Shown piece by piece: positions 56,477-64,000 of a stretch of 64,000 nucleotides of DNA. A program made the translations under genes and the position numbers. The stretch comes from Parcubacteria group bacterium (GTDB taxonomy: Bacteria; Patescibacteriota; Minisyncoccia; 2-02-FULL-40-12). Position 1 is the stretch's first letter. Each line of letters starts with the position of its first letter. The DNA lies in the NCBI GenBank assembly GCA_016186395.1, contig JACPLU010000003.1, forward strand, positions 76,289 through 140,288, read 5' to 3'. The notes below the pieces were generated by a model that was not told the DNA's origin, did no database searches, and worked only from the letters and a program-made list of their open reading frames with translations.

Positions 56477-58435
56477 TTAAAGTGGATTTTTTGGGTCAAC
56501 TAATATTTCAAAATTTGATCCGATCATGTTGAGAATTTGATTTCTGGTTATTATTTCATTCTCAAACTGTTCTTCGGATTCTTTAAATGGGATTCTAATC
56601 AGAACATTGAAAATATATTTATCTTTTTCTTTACTAATTAAGGCTGGTACAGGACCGAGTATTTGACCATTATTGATCAAATCTGGTTTTAATTTTTTCA
56701 GTGCGTAAGTTAGATTTCGGGCTTGATGAAGCGCTTGTCCTTCGTTTATATTTTTAGATTCTATTTTAATAATTTGTCCAAAAGGAGGGTAGTTCATTAT
56801 TTGTCTGTTTTCCAAATCTTTTTTTAAAAATTCATTATAAGTTTGAGTATCCAGAGCATTTATTATTTCAGTTTTACTGTCAATTGTTTGTAAAATGGTT
56901 TGGTCGCTTAGTTTCCTTATTGAATATACCTCTTTTAAGATTTTATTGTTCATTCTAAAATCGGGAAATTGCATTAACTGGTCAAGGCCTATAATTCCTG
57001 AAACAATTTTTAATTTTTTTCTTTCCTCGCGGATAAAATCTTTAAAAGAAAAAAGCATTGAAGTGGCAATTAATATAGAAGGAGTTTCTAACCACTTTTT
57101 AATAACGGAAAGCCCGTTTTCTTCTTTAACGTTGTCTTGATCCAGTAAAAATATTTTTGATTCGGGTAATAGCTTTTGAATTTCTTTTGCAATTCTTTCG
57201 GAGCCAAAGCCGTAAGGTTTTAAAGCGTAATTTTCGCATGAGGGACAAAATTGAGGAACAGGTTTTTGAGCTTGGCATCGATGACATAGAAGATATGTTT
57301 TAGCGTCTCCGTGGTGAATTGTCATTGCAACTGAACAGTTATCGCAACTAACGGTTTTACCGCAGGCTCTGCAAATGTATAGTGAGTAACCTCGTCTATG
57401 AGAAAAAAGAATTACCCGATCATTATTAATTATGTAATCTTTTATCTTTTCTGTAAGTGTTTGGCTTAAAAACGAAAAATTTCCATGTTGGATTTCTTTA
57501 ACCATGTCAACCACTTCTAAATTTGAAGCCAATTTTTTTATTTGTGGAATTTTTTTACTTATAGCTTTCGGTAGAAGATCAGGAAAGGGAAAACCGGCAA
57601 GGACAATGTTGGCATTGTTTAGTTGAGCGAGTTTTTTAACAATTTTAGGTGCAAAGTATTTTGGCGTCATATCTGAATAGTAATTTTCGCTACCGGCGTC
57701 ATGAACGATAATAGATTTCAGATTTGGGTAATTGTAAAATAATGCTGTGCGTGTGCCTATTATTAACGATATGCCATTTTGTATTTCTTGATGTGTTTTA
57801 AATTGCTCTTTTATTGTTAAATTTCCGTGAATACCAACGCTTTTATATTCTGAAAGCACTTTTTGAATTATCGGAATTGAAATTTTCTGCGGGACTAAAA
57901 TGAGTGTTTGACCGTTTGGGTCAATATAGTTGAAATACTTTTTGATATCACCATCAATAAAAAAATCTTCTTTGATATTTTCCTTTTTGGGTTTATTTTG
58001 GTTTGCGCTATAACCCTCATCTTTCTTTGGGGATAGCCCTTCCGAAGCTCCATAGGAGCGAAGGAGGGTATTTTTCCAGAATTTGGGAAGTACTAATTTC
58101 ATACAAAGTCCTAGCGGTGCAAAATAGTAATTTGAAAGCCAAATTGCAAACTCAATTTGTTTTTTAGTTATAACATCCGCTTTTTTTAAACCAAGCAGTT
58201 TTTTTAAGGCAAAGCCGGCCATCTTTTTGAGCATAATTTTTTGTTTAGCTAGGGGAGTAGAACGCAGGACTACAGCTAAGGTTTTTTTATTTCTAACTGG
58301 AGCAAAAACCAAATCGCCGGCATTTAAAGATTCCGGCCAAAAATAGCTGAAAGTCTGGTTTTGAGATTTTGGAATAGAGACTAAAGGCGTGACTTCAATA
58401 ACATGCATTAATTGCAGTTTAGCACGGTATAACAA
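56477..58435 (-). CDS. priA: PriA-like primosomal protein with degenerate helicase motifs
   Basis: N-terminal 3'-DNA-binding-like domain. LILVPQ and LIIGTRTALF align to PriA. Walker A is absent and DEEH is replaced by VHDAG. The C-terminal Cys-rich zinc region is CRACGKTVSCDNCSVAMTIHH...CHRCQ...CPSC. Confidence 0.75.
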   Translation of the reverse strand: MLYRAKLQLMHVIEVTPLVSIPKSQNQTFSYFWPESLNAGDLVFAPVRNKKTLAVVLRSTPLAKQKIMLKKMAGFALKKLLGLKKADVITKKQIEFAIWLSNYYFAPLGLCMKLVLPKFWKNTLLRSYGASEGLSPKKDEGYSANQNKPKKENIKEDFFIDGDIKKYFNYIDPNGQTLILVPQKISIPIIQKVLSEYKSVGIHGNLTIKEQFKTHQEIQNGISLIIGTRTALFYNYPNLKSIIVHDAGSENYYSDMTPKYFAPKIVKKLAQLNNANIVLAGFPFPDLLPKAISKKIPQIKKLASNLEVVDMVKEIQHGNFSFLSQTLTEKIKDYIINNDRVILFSHRRGYSLYICRACGKTVSCDNCSVAMTIHHGDAKTYLLCHRCQAQKPVPQFCPSCENYALKPYGFGSERIAKEIQKLLPESKIFLLDQDNVKEENGLSVIKKWLETPSILIATSMLFSFKDFIREERKKLKIVSGIIGLDQLMQFPDFRMNNKILKEVYSIRKLSDQTILQTIDSKTEIINALDTQTYNEFLKKDLENRQIMNYPPFGQIIKIESKNINEGQALHQARNLTYALKKLKPDLINNGQILGPVPALISKEKDKYIFNVLIRIPFKESEEQFENEIITRNQILNMIGSNFEILVDPKNPL

Positions 58436-58462
58436 ATAGTTTCTAGCATTTAGTGTCTAGAA

Positions 58463-59938
58463 ATGTATAATTTAATTATGGTTAAAGACGTAAGGGTGCG
58501 AATTGCTCCGTCGCCAACCGGGTTTTTGCATATTGGTACAGCTCGGACTGCACTTTTTAATTTTTTATTTGCCCAGCATTACAAGGGCGGTTTTGTGTTG
58601 AGAATTGAAGATACGGATCTTGAACGGTCAGAAAAAAAATATGAAGAAGATATTATTGAAGGATTACAGTGGCTTGGTATTGAGTGGGACGAGTTTTATA
58701 GGCAAAGCGAGCGTTTGGATATTTATAAAAAATATATTCAAAAACTTTTAGATGAAGGCAAGGCATTTTGGTGTTATCACAGTATTGAGGAGCTAGAGGC
58801 AGAAAAACAAGAACAAATGAAGCGAAAAGAGGCACCAAGACATATTTGTGAATATAAAGTCAAAAGTCAAAAGTCAAAAGTCAAAAGTAAGGAAGGCATT
58901 ATCCGTTTGGCGGTGGATGAGAACTCGACAAGAATAATTAGTTTTGAAGATTTGATTCGAGGAACGGTTGAGTGGGAACAAAAACTAGTAGGAGATTTAA
59001 GTATTGCAAAAGATGAAAATACGCCTTTGTATAATTTGGCAGTTGTAGTGGATGATTATGAGATGAAGATTAGCCATGTGATTCGTGGGGAAGACCATAT
59101 TTCCAATACTCCCAAACAAATTTTAATCCAGGAGGCGTTGGGTTTTAATGCTTTAGAATATGCTCACATGCCTCTAATTTTGGGGATAGATCGTTCTAAA
59201 CTTTCAAAAAGACACGGAGCAACTTCTTTAATAGAATTTCGAGAGCAAGGTTATTTACCAGAAGCAATGATAAATTTTATGGCGTTGCTTGGATGGAAGC
59301 CAAAACATGAAACATGGAACATAGAACATGAAGCACAAAAAGGAAGACAAGAAGATGTATTTAACTTGGATGAGTTAGTTCATCACTTTGATATCCATCG
59401 GGTACATAAATCCGGAGCAGTATTTGATATTAAAAAATTGAACTGGATGAATAATCAATATATTCGTGGATTGCCGTCGGAGCAATTTGAGAGTGCTGTA
59501 GTACCTTTTGTATTGAGGGAAATACAGCCAGAAAAAGTTGAAGACGACTTTGTGGAAAAAATAAAACCGATTTTAATCGAGCGTCTTGAAAAATTATCTG
59601 ACGTAAAAGAGTTTGAGTATTTATTTAAAGCCCCAGAGTATGATAAAAGTTTATTAGTTTGGAGAAAATCTGACTTAAATGGTGCTAAAAAAGCGCTTGA
59701 GTTAATAAATGGAAAGTTATCTTTAGAAGATTTAGAAAACAAAGATACTGTAAAAAATAAACTTGATGAAATTGCCAATCAAGAATTTGGCGGAGATAGG
59801 GGAGCAGTGTATTGGCCATTGCGTGTTGCTTTAACCGGTAAAGAAAAATCCCCGGATCCAGTTGTTATTACGTCGGTATTGACAAAAGAACAGACCCTTA
59901 TTAGGATAAACCATGCTCTTAAAAAATTAAACTCTTAA
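58463..59938 (+). CDS. gltX: glutamyl-tRNA synthetase
   Basis: HIGH motif (PSPTGFLHIGTARTALFN), KMSKS (KLSKRHG) and an anticodon-binding C-terminus. Confidence 0.9.
   Translation: MYNLIMVKDVRVRIAPSPTGFLHIGTARTALFNFLFAQHYKGGFVLRIEDTDLERSEKKYEEDIIEGLQWLGIEWDEFYRQSERLDIYKKYIQKLLDEGKAFWCYHSIEELEAEKQEQMKRKEAPRHICEYKVKSQKSKVKSKEGIIRLAVDENSTRIISFEDLIRGTVEWEQKLVGDLSIAKDENTPLYNLAVVVDDYEMKISHVIRGEDHISNTPKQILIQEALGFNALEYAHMPLILGIDRSKLSKRHGATSLIEFREQGYLPEAMINFMALLGWKPKHETWNIEHEAQKGRQEDVFNLDELVHHFDIHRVHKSGAVFDIKKLNWMNNQYIRGLPSEQFESAVVPFVLREIQPEKVEDDFVEKIKPILIERLEKLSDVKEFEYLFKAPEYDKSLLVWRKSDLNGAKKALELINGKLSLEDLENKDTVKNKLDEIANQEFGGDRGAVYWPLRVALTGKEKSPDPVVITSVLTKEQTLIRINHALKKLNS
58859..58890 (+). repeat. 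heptanucleotide tandem repeat (GTCAAAA x4.5) inside gltX coding sequence
   Basis: Encodes the KVKSQKSKVKSK insertion. Confidence 0.85.
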
Positions 59939-59958
59939 ACATAAGGAGGGAGAAAACA

Positions 59959-60309
59959 ATGGCACTAGGACCAAAAGACATTTTAAAGAACAGAAGTCAA
60001 GAATTTGCTGATTTACTTGAAGGGGAAATAGACAATGAACTAGAAAGACTTGCACTTCAAGAAATAACAGATTTAAGAAGACTTGGGAGAATAGAATTAA
60101 GCATAAATCCATCACTGGGTAATATTTTTGAAGAATTCGGTGATGAAGCGGAGGGCTTTTTTCTAGATAAGAAAACCCAAAAACTAATCCGTTCAAAGTA
60201 TGTTAGGGTTGTAGTTGGTTGGAGTTCAGTCTCTTTTAAAATTGATTATGGGCTATTTATAGTTATTTTAAAAAGTACAGTTCAAAAGAAAAATAAAAAA
60301 CGGAGTTAG
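59959..60309 (+). CDS. hypothetical protein
   Basis: ORF with SD AAGGAGGGAG. Confidence 0.4.
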   Translation: MALGPKDILKNRSQEFADLLEGEIDNELERLALQEITDLRRLGRIELSINPSLGNIFEEFGDEAEGFFLDKKTQKLIRSKYVRVVVGWSSVSFKIDYGLFIVILKSTVQKKNKKRS

Positions 60310-60392
60310 TTAAATAATTCACGTGGCGTCTGTAGAGGACGCTTTTTGATTTCCGAGGGTCTTTTTTATAGAATACGTACGATCTTTAAAAA

Positions 60393-60848
60393 ATGAAAGA
60401 GGTCTGTATGATTGATTTTTGGTTCGTCTTAATTTTATTAAGCTTGATTTTTACGCGTTTTTTCAGCCACAGAATTTTAAAAAGTAAAGCCGGCACAAAT
60501 TTAGAAATTTACGCAACTTTTATTGGAAGCATTCTTTTACTATTTTATGGGGCGCAATTAATTTCCGAAAATAAAGTGGTTATTCTAATTTTGATAGGCG
60601 TTAGTCTAAATTTGATAGTTTGTGTTATAAACAAGTTTAGAATGCCGGTGAGGCGACCCGAAGAACAGGGGAGGCTTATCGGCGTTATTCATAAATTTGT
60701 TGAACCTGAAACAAGGTTATTAAAATTAGCTGATATTATTTCTATCCCTTTTGAGTTCAAAGCAGTTAATAAGATATTAATAGTAAATTTAAGCATTGGT
60801 GACATATTTATGATTGTGGGGTGGGTTGTCTTTATTCTAGTAACCTAA
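60393..60848 (+). CDS. hypothetical membrane protein
   Basis: Four hydrophobic helices. Confidence 0.4.
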   Translation: MKEVCMIDFWFVLILLSLIFTRFFSHRILKSKAGTNLEIYATFIGSILLLFYGAQLISENKVVILILIGVSLNLIVCVINKFRMPVRRPEEQGRLIGVIHKFVEPETRLLKLADIISIPFEFKAVNKILIVNLSIGDIFMIVGWVVFILVT

Positions 60849-60876
60849 AAACTAAATGCCCTTATGGGCGCTTTCC

Positions 60877-60953
60877 CCGTAGTGAAAATTTGGAAAGCTA
60901 CGCCAGATGATGCTTTCAGCATCATATTCCAAATTTCTACTACGGGGTTTTTT
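60877..60953 (+). terminator. long-stem terminator hairpin, family D copy 1
   Basis: CCCCGTAGTGAAAATTTGGAA...TTCCAAATTTCTACTACGGGG followed by TTTTTTG, with inner hairpin GATGATGC-TTTC-AGCATCAT. Confidence 0.7.
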
Positions 60954-60973
60954 GTTATCTAATTTAGAGTTAA

Positions 60974-61053
60974 CCCCGTAGTAGAAATTTAACTTTTTGA
61001 GGGTGAAAATTGCTTTGTTTACAAAGCAATGGTCAAAGTTTCACTACGGGGTT
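60974..61053 (+). repeat. family D copy 2 (variant hairpin, no clear U tract)
   Basis: AACCCCGTAGTAGAAATTT...AAAGTTTCACTACGGGGTT with inner TTGCTTTG-TTTA-CAAAGCAA. Confidence 0.6.
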
Positions 61054-61064
61054 AAAATAAGAAT

Positions 61065-62306
61065 ATGCTTAGGAAAGTTTCCTTTTTCCTTATTTTTTGT
61101 TTTCTTGTTTATATTTTATTTTTTAGTTTGGTTTCAGCTGATCAAGTTCAGGATCGAATTGACCAGTTAAGGCAACAAATTCAGGCTCTAGAGGAGCAGT
61201 CTCAAAAATATAGGCAAGATATAAATCGGACTCGCCAGGAAGGAGAAAGTTTAAAGCAGGAAATAGCGAGTTTAAACAGTCAGCTTAATCAGCTTTTGGT
61301 TCAGATCAGGATTACTTCAAATAAAATAACAACCAAGGAATTGGAGATTCAACAACTTCAGTCGCAGATGGGCGATCTTTTATTAAAGATAGACGAATCA
61401 AAATTAACCATTAGTCAGTTGATTAGAGAAATTAATGAACTTGATAATGTTTCTTTGTTAGCAATGCTTTTTAAATATGCCCAATTGTCAGAAATTTTTA
61501 ATCAATATGAACAAACATCGAATATTCAACAAGAACTTTTAACTAAGATTGAAGAGTTAAAAGATTTCCGTGACGAATTAAATGTTAAAAAGGGAGACGC
61601 AGAAGTGAAACAACAAGATCTTGAAAATCTTAAATCCCAACAGCAAGCGGAAAGATCAACGGTTAACGGTGCAAAGTCCCAAAAAGATAATTTGCTTAAG
61701 ATAACTAAAGGTCAAGAAGTCCAGTATCAAAAACTTTTGGTTGACATAGAAAAAAAGAAAACCGAGTTCTTTAAAGAATTACAACAATTAGAGTTGCAAG
61801 CTCGGGGTAAGGGAGAGTTTATAGTTCATGTAACCGCAAAATCAATACCACCTAGGGGAACAAAAATCTTTCAGTGGCCGGAAGCTGTCAAGCGCTTGAC
61901 TCAAGGTTATGGAATGACGGCTTTTGCCCGTCGCGGAGCATATGGTGGCGCCCCGCATAATGGGATTGATATGGCTATTGGTTTTGGTTCAGAACTTAAA
62001 GCAATTGGGTCTGGTGTAATCTTAGCAAGCGGTAACAATAATGGATGGGGAAATTGGGTGGCAGTAAGGCATGATAATGATTTAGTGAGTTTGTATGGCC
62101 ACATGAGTACTCCAACCTTTTTGAAAGTCGGACAGCGTGTATCTCCTGGGACAGTCATTGGATATGAGGGAGCAACAGGAAATGTGACTGGCTCGCATCT
62201 TCATCTTAGTTTATATAGAGATTTTTTCACCTATATAAGTGAGAAAACCGGACAGCTTTATTTTAACTATTTTGAAGGGACGCTTAACCCCCTTGACTAC
62301 TTATAG
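61065..62306 (+). CDS. M23-family peptidase with N-terminal coiled coil (EnvC/LytM-like)
   Basis: Signal/TM, a long coiled coil, then the M23 core GAPHNGIDMAIGFGSEL...GNWVAVRHDNDLVSLYGHMS...TGSHLHLSLY. Confidence 0.8.
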   Translation: MLRKVSFFLIFCFLVYILFFSLVSADQVQDRIDQLRQQIQALEEQSQKYRQDINRTRQEGESLKQEIASLNSQLNQLLVQIRITSNKITTKELEIQQLQSQMGDLLLKIDESKLTISQLIREINELDNVSLLAMLFKYAQLSEIFNQYEQTSNIQQELLTKIEELKDFRDELNVKKGDAEVKQQDLENLKSQQQAERSTVNGAKSQKDNLLKITKGQEVQYQKLLVDIEKKKTEFFKELQQLELQARGKGEFIVHVTAKSIPPRGTKIFQWPEAVKRLTQGYGMTAFARRGAYGGAPHNGIDMAIGFGSELKAIGSGVILASGNNNGWGNWVAVRHDNDLVSLYGHMSTPTFLKVGQRVSPGTVIGYEGATGNVTGSHLHLSLYRDFFTYISEKTGQLYFNYFEGTLNPLDYL

Positions 62307-62361
62307 AATAAATGATAGTTTAGCCAATAGATTTTAGTAGATTAACAAAAGAATAGGGAGG

Positions 62362-62736
62362 ATGGTTATGCTAAGAAGGGCTATAATTTTGGTGTCTATG
62401 TTTTTATGTTTATGTTTCTTTTCTGCTCACTCTAGACTAGTCTTTGATTCAGGGCTGATATTTAATATGGTTATTCAGCTTAGCCAAGGTAGGGAACCGG
62501 GAGCAAGGTTGTTTGTTGAACAAAATCTTGTTGATATAATGAGGCTTCAAGAAAAAGAATTTAAGATTAAATATTCTGGTGTACCAAATGTGGAATATAG
62601 ATTATCCGAAGATTCATCTAGCTCTATTCTCAGTAGTTATAAACCTGGTACCAAAACAATATATTTAAATATCCCGTTTTTCGCTGAAGTTTCTCTATTT
62701 TCAGATTTGTCCTTAAAATGGAATACGGTAAACTGA
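62362..62736 (+). CDS. hypothetical secreted protein
   Basis: Signal-like N-terminus; SD GGGAGG. Confidence 0.4.
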   Translation: MVMLRRAIILVSMFLCLCFFSAHSRLVFDSGLIFNMVIQLSQGREPGARLFVEQNLVDIMRLQEKEFKIKYSGVPNVEYRLSEDSSSSILSSYKPGTKTIYLNIPFFAEVSLFSDLSLKWNTVN

Positions 62737-63275
62737 TTTTACCCAACGAATCAGATTTTTTAGTAGATAATGATTTAATGAGGGTAATTAAGTTTGTGTA
62801 TCTCTTTGAGCCATTAACCAGTGATTATTTTACTAAATTTTCTTTAAGACGATCTGAATATTTAAAACGATTACTAGAACATGAAATGGGACATTTTTAT
62901 CAAGATCAAATCTCATCATATAAAATATATAATGGGAGTGAATTTTTACAACCAGTTGGTACCTTTGATACCTGGGTAAATAAGATAATAAGAGAGGGTA
63001 TAGCCGAATATTTTGATTGGCATTTGAATGGCCCCCACAATATACAATCGAAATTAGATCGAAATACGATGAATCCAGAGAATTTAGCTACATATATTTT
63101 CTATCGCGATGATATCGATGTGTATGACGAAGGCTATATTTTTGTCAGGCCAATATTGGAAGATTCAGTAGAATATGGGGTTATATATTTAACCCGATAC
63201 CCTCCAAAAGCCCATGATTTATTTTATCCAGATAAGTACTATGAGCGTTTCAGATCTTTTTTAAATAAGAAATGA
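62718..63275 (+). CDS. hypothetical protein with HExxH zinc-metallopeptidase-like motif
   Basis: LLEHEMGHFYQD. Confidence 0.45.
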   Translation: MEYGKLILPNESDFLVDNDLMRVIKFVYLFEPLTSDYFTKFSLRRSEYLKRLLEHEMGHFYQDQISSYKIYNGSEFLQPVGTFDTWVNKIIREGIAEYFDWHLNGPHNIQSKLDRNTMNPENLATYIFYRDDIDVYDEGYIFVRPILEDSVEYGVIYLTRYPPKAHDLFYPDKYYERFRSFLNKK

Positions 63276-63308
63276 TTTTGTAGACTCTTTAGCGGTTACA
63301 GCCGTTTT

Positions 63309-63387
63309 CCCCATAGTGAAAATTTGGAAAGCTTCGCTAGATGATGCTTTTAGCATCATATTCCAAATTTCTACTACGGGGTTTTTT
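63309..63387 (+). terminator. long-stem terminator hairpin, family D copy 3
   Basis: CCCCATAGTGAAAATTTGGAAAGCTTCGCTAGATGATGCTTTTAGCATCATATTCCAAATTTCTACTACGGGG followed by TTTTTTG. Confidence 0.7.
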
Positions 63388-63419
63388 GTTTTTAGAAAAT
63401 ATATTAAAGTAAGGATACC

Positions 63420-64000
63420 ATGCAAAATATATTAGTTTTAGGCGGTGGATTTGGAGGTATAAGAGTTGCTTTGGACTTAGAAAGAAAATTACGTCACGTG
63501 ATAAACCACGAAAAAAATTGGCGTGTCGTTTTAATTGATAGAAATGCAAACCATACCTTCACGCCAAATCTTTATGAGGTGGCATCGGCTTATGGGGTTA
63601 AAAAAGAGCCATATCAAATTAAATTGCGCGGCTCGATTTGTATTCCTTACGGGATAATTTTTGCCAATCATAAAATAGATTTTATTCAGGCGGAGATCTC
63701 AAAAATTGATATTGAAAACAGAAAAATTATAACTGGCGGGGGAGAAGAAATTGATTTTGATTACTTAGTTTTAGGACTTGGCGCCGAGGTAAATGACTAT
63801 GGAATCCCCGGAGTTAGTGAATATGCTTATCAGATGAAAACCATTGACGATGGAATTGCAATAAATGAAAAGTTGAACCAGATATTTAAAGAGGGGAAAG
63901 AAGGAGTAAAAGAATTACCGGTTCGTATTATTATTGGCGGCGGTGGATTTACTGGGGTTGAAACAGCCGCCGAAATCGCTTGCTGTGTGGAAAATTTAAG
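63420..64000 (+). CDS. FAD/NAD(P)-binding oxidoreductase (type II NADH dehydrogenase-like); 3' end lies outside the window
   Basis: ILVLGGGFGGIRVAL dinucleotide-binding motif and a second GGGGFTGVETAAEIA motif. Confidence 0.7.
   Translation, partial: MQNILVLGGGFGGIRVALDLERKLRHVINHEKNWRVVLIDRNANHTFTPNLYEVASAYGVKKEPYQIKLRGSICIPYGIIFANHKIDFIQAEISKIDIENRKIITGGGEEIDFDYLVLGLGAEVNDYGIPGVSEYAYQMKTIDDGIAINEKLNQIFKEGKEGVKELPVRIIIGGGGFTGVETAAEIACCVENL

Overview
This is a visibly AT-rich, gene-dense 64-kb bacterial fragment with short intergenic spacers. Core genes include a dcw cluster split across two loci, groES-groEL, rpsB-tsf, the rplJ-rplL locus, rplU, rpmG, recR, dnaB, cysS, gltX, efp, def-fmt, a PriA-like gene and gdh. 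Many predicted proteins are small, membrane-bound or of unknown function, and several replication and envelope genes look degenerate. That pattern suggests a small-genome lineage such as Patescibacteria/CPR; this is inference from gene content only. I found six tRNAs: Ser-GGA, a Tyr-GTA-like gene, Thr-GGT, Trp-CCA, Val-CAC and Glu-CTC, plus two tRNA-like remnants. There is no rRNA, CRISPR array, transposase or integrase. The accessory signal is mostly in the intergenic spacers, which carry at least six families of structured repeats:
- A ~78-bp palindromic element abuts start codons in three places; one copy is split by a GxxExxY (PD-(D/E)XK-like) gene, which suggests a MITE/parent-element relationship.
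- A relatively GC-rich two-gene cassette (HTH_XRE gene plus an unknown ORF) sits at the cysS promoter and 5' end. It is flanked by an 87-bp perfect direct repeat and by two homologous promoter-to-terminator small-RNA candidates.
- A 41-bp direct repeat of the tRNA-Glu 3' end brackets about 1 kb and lies next to a Doc/Fic toxin with an HTH partner and a 32-bp perfect palindromic operator.
- Two HTH-LAGLIDADG-type ORFs each run into the 5' end of a tRNA gene.
- Two repeat families keep their hairpins through compensatory changes in otherwise divergent stems, which points to functional RNAs.
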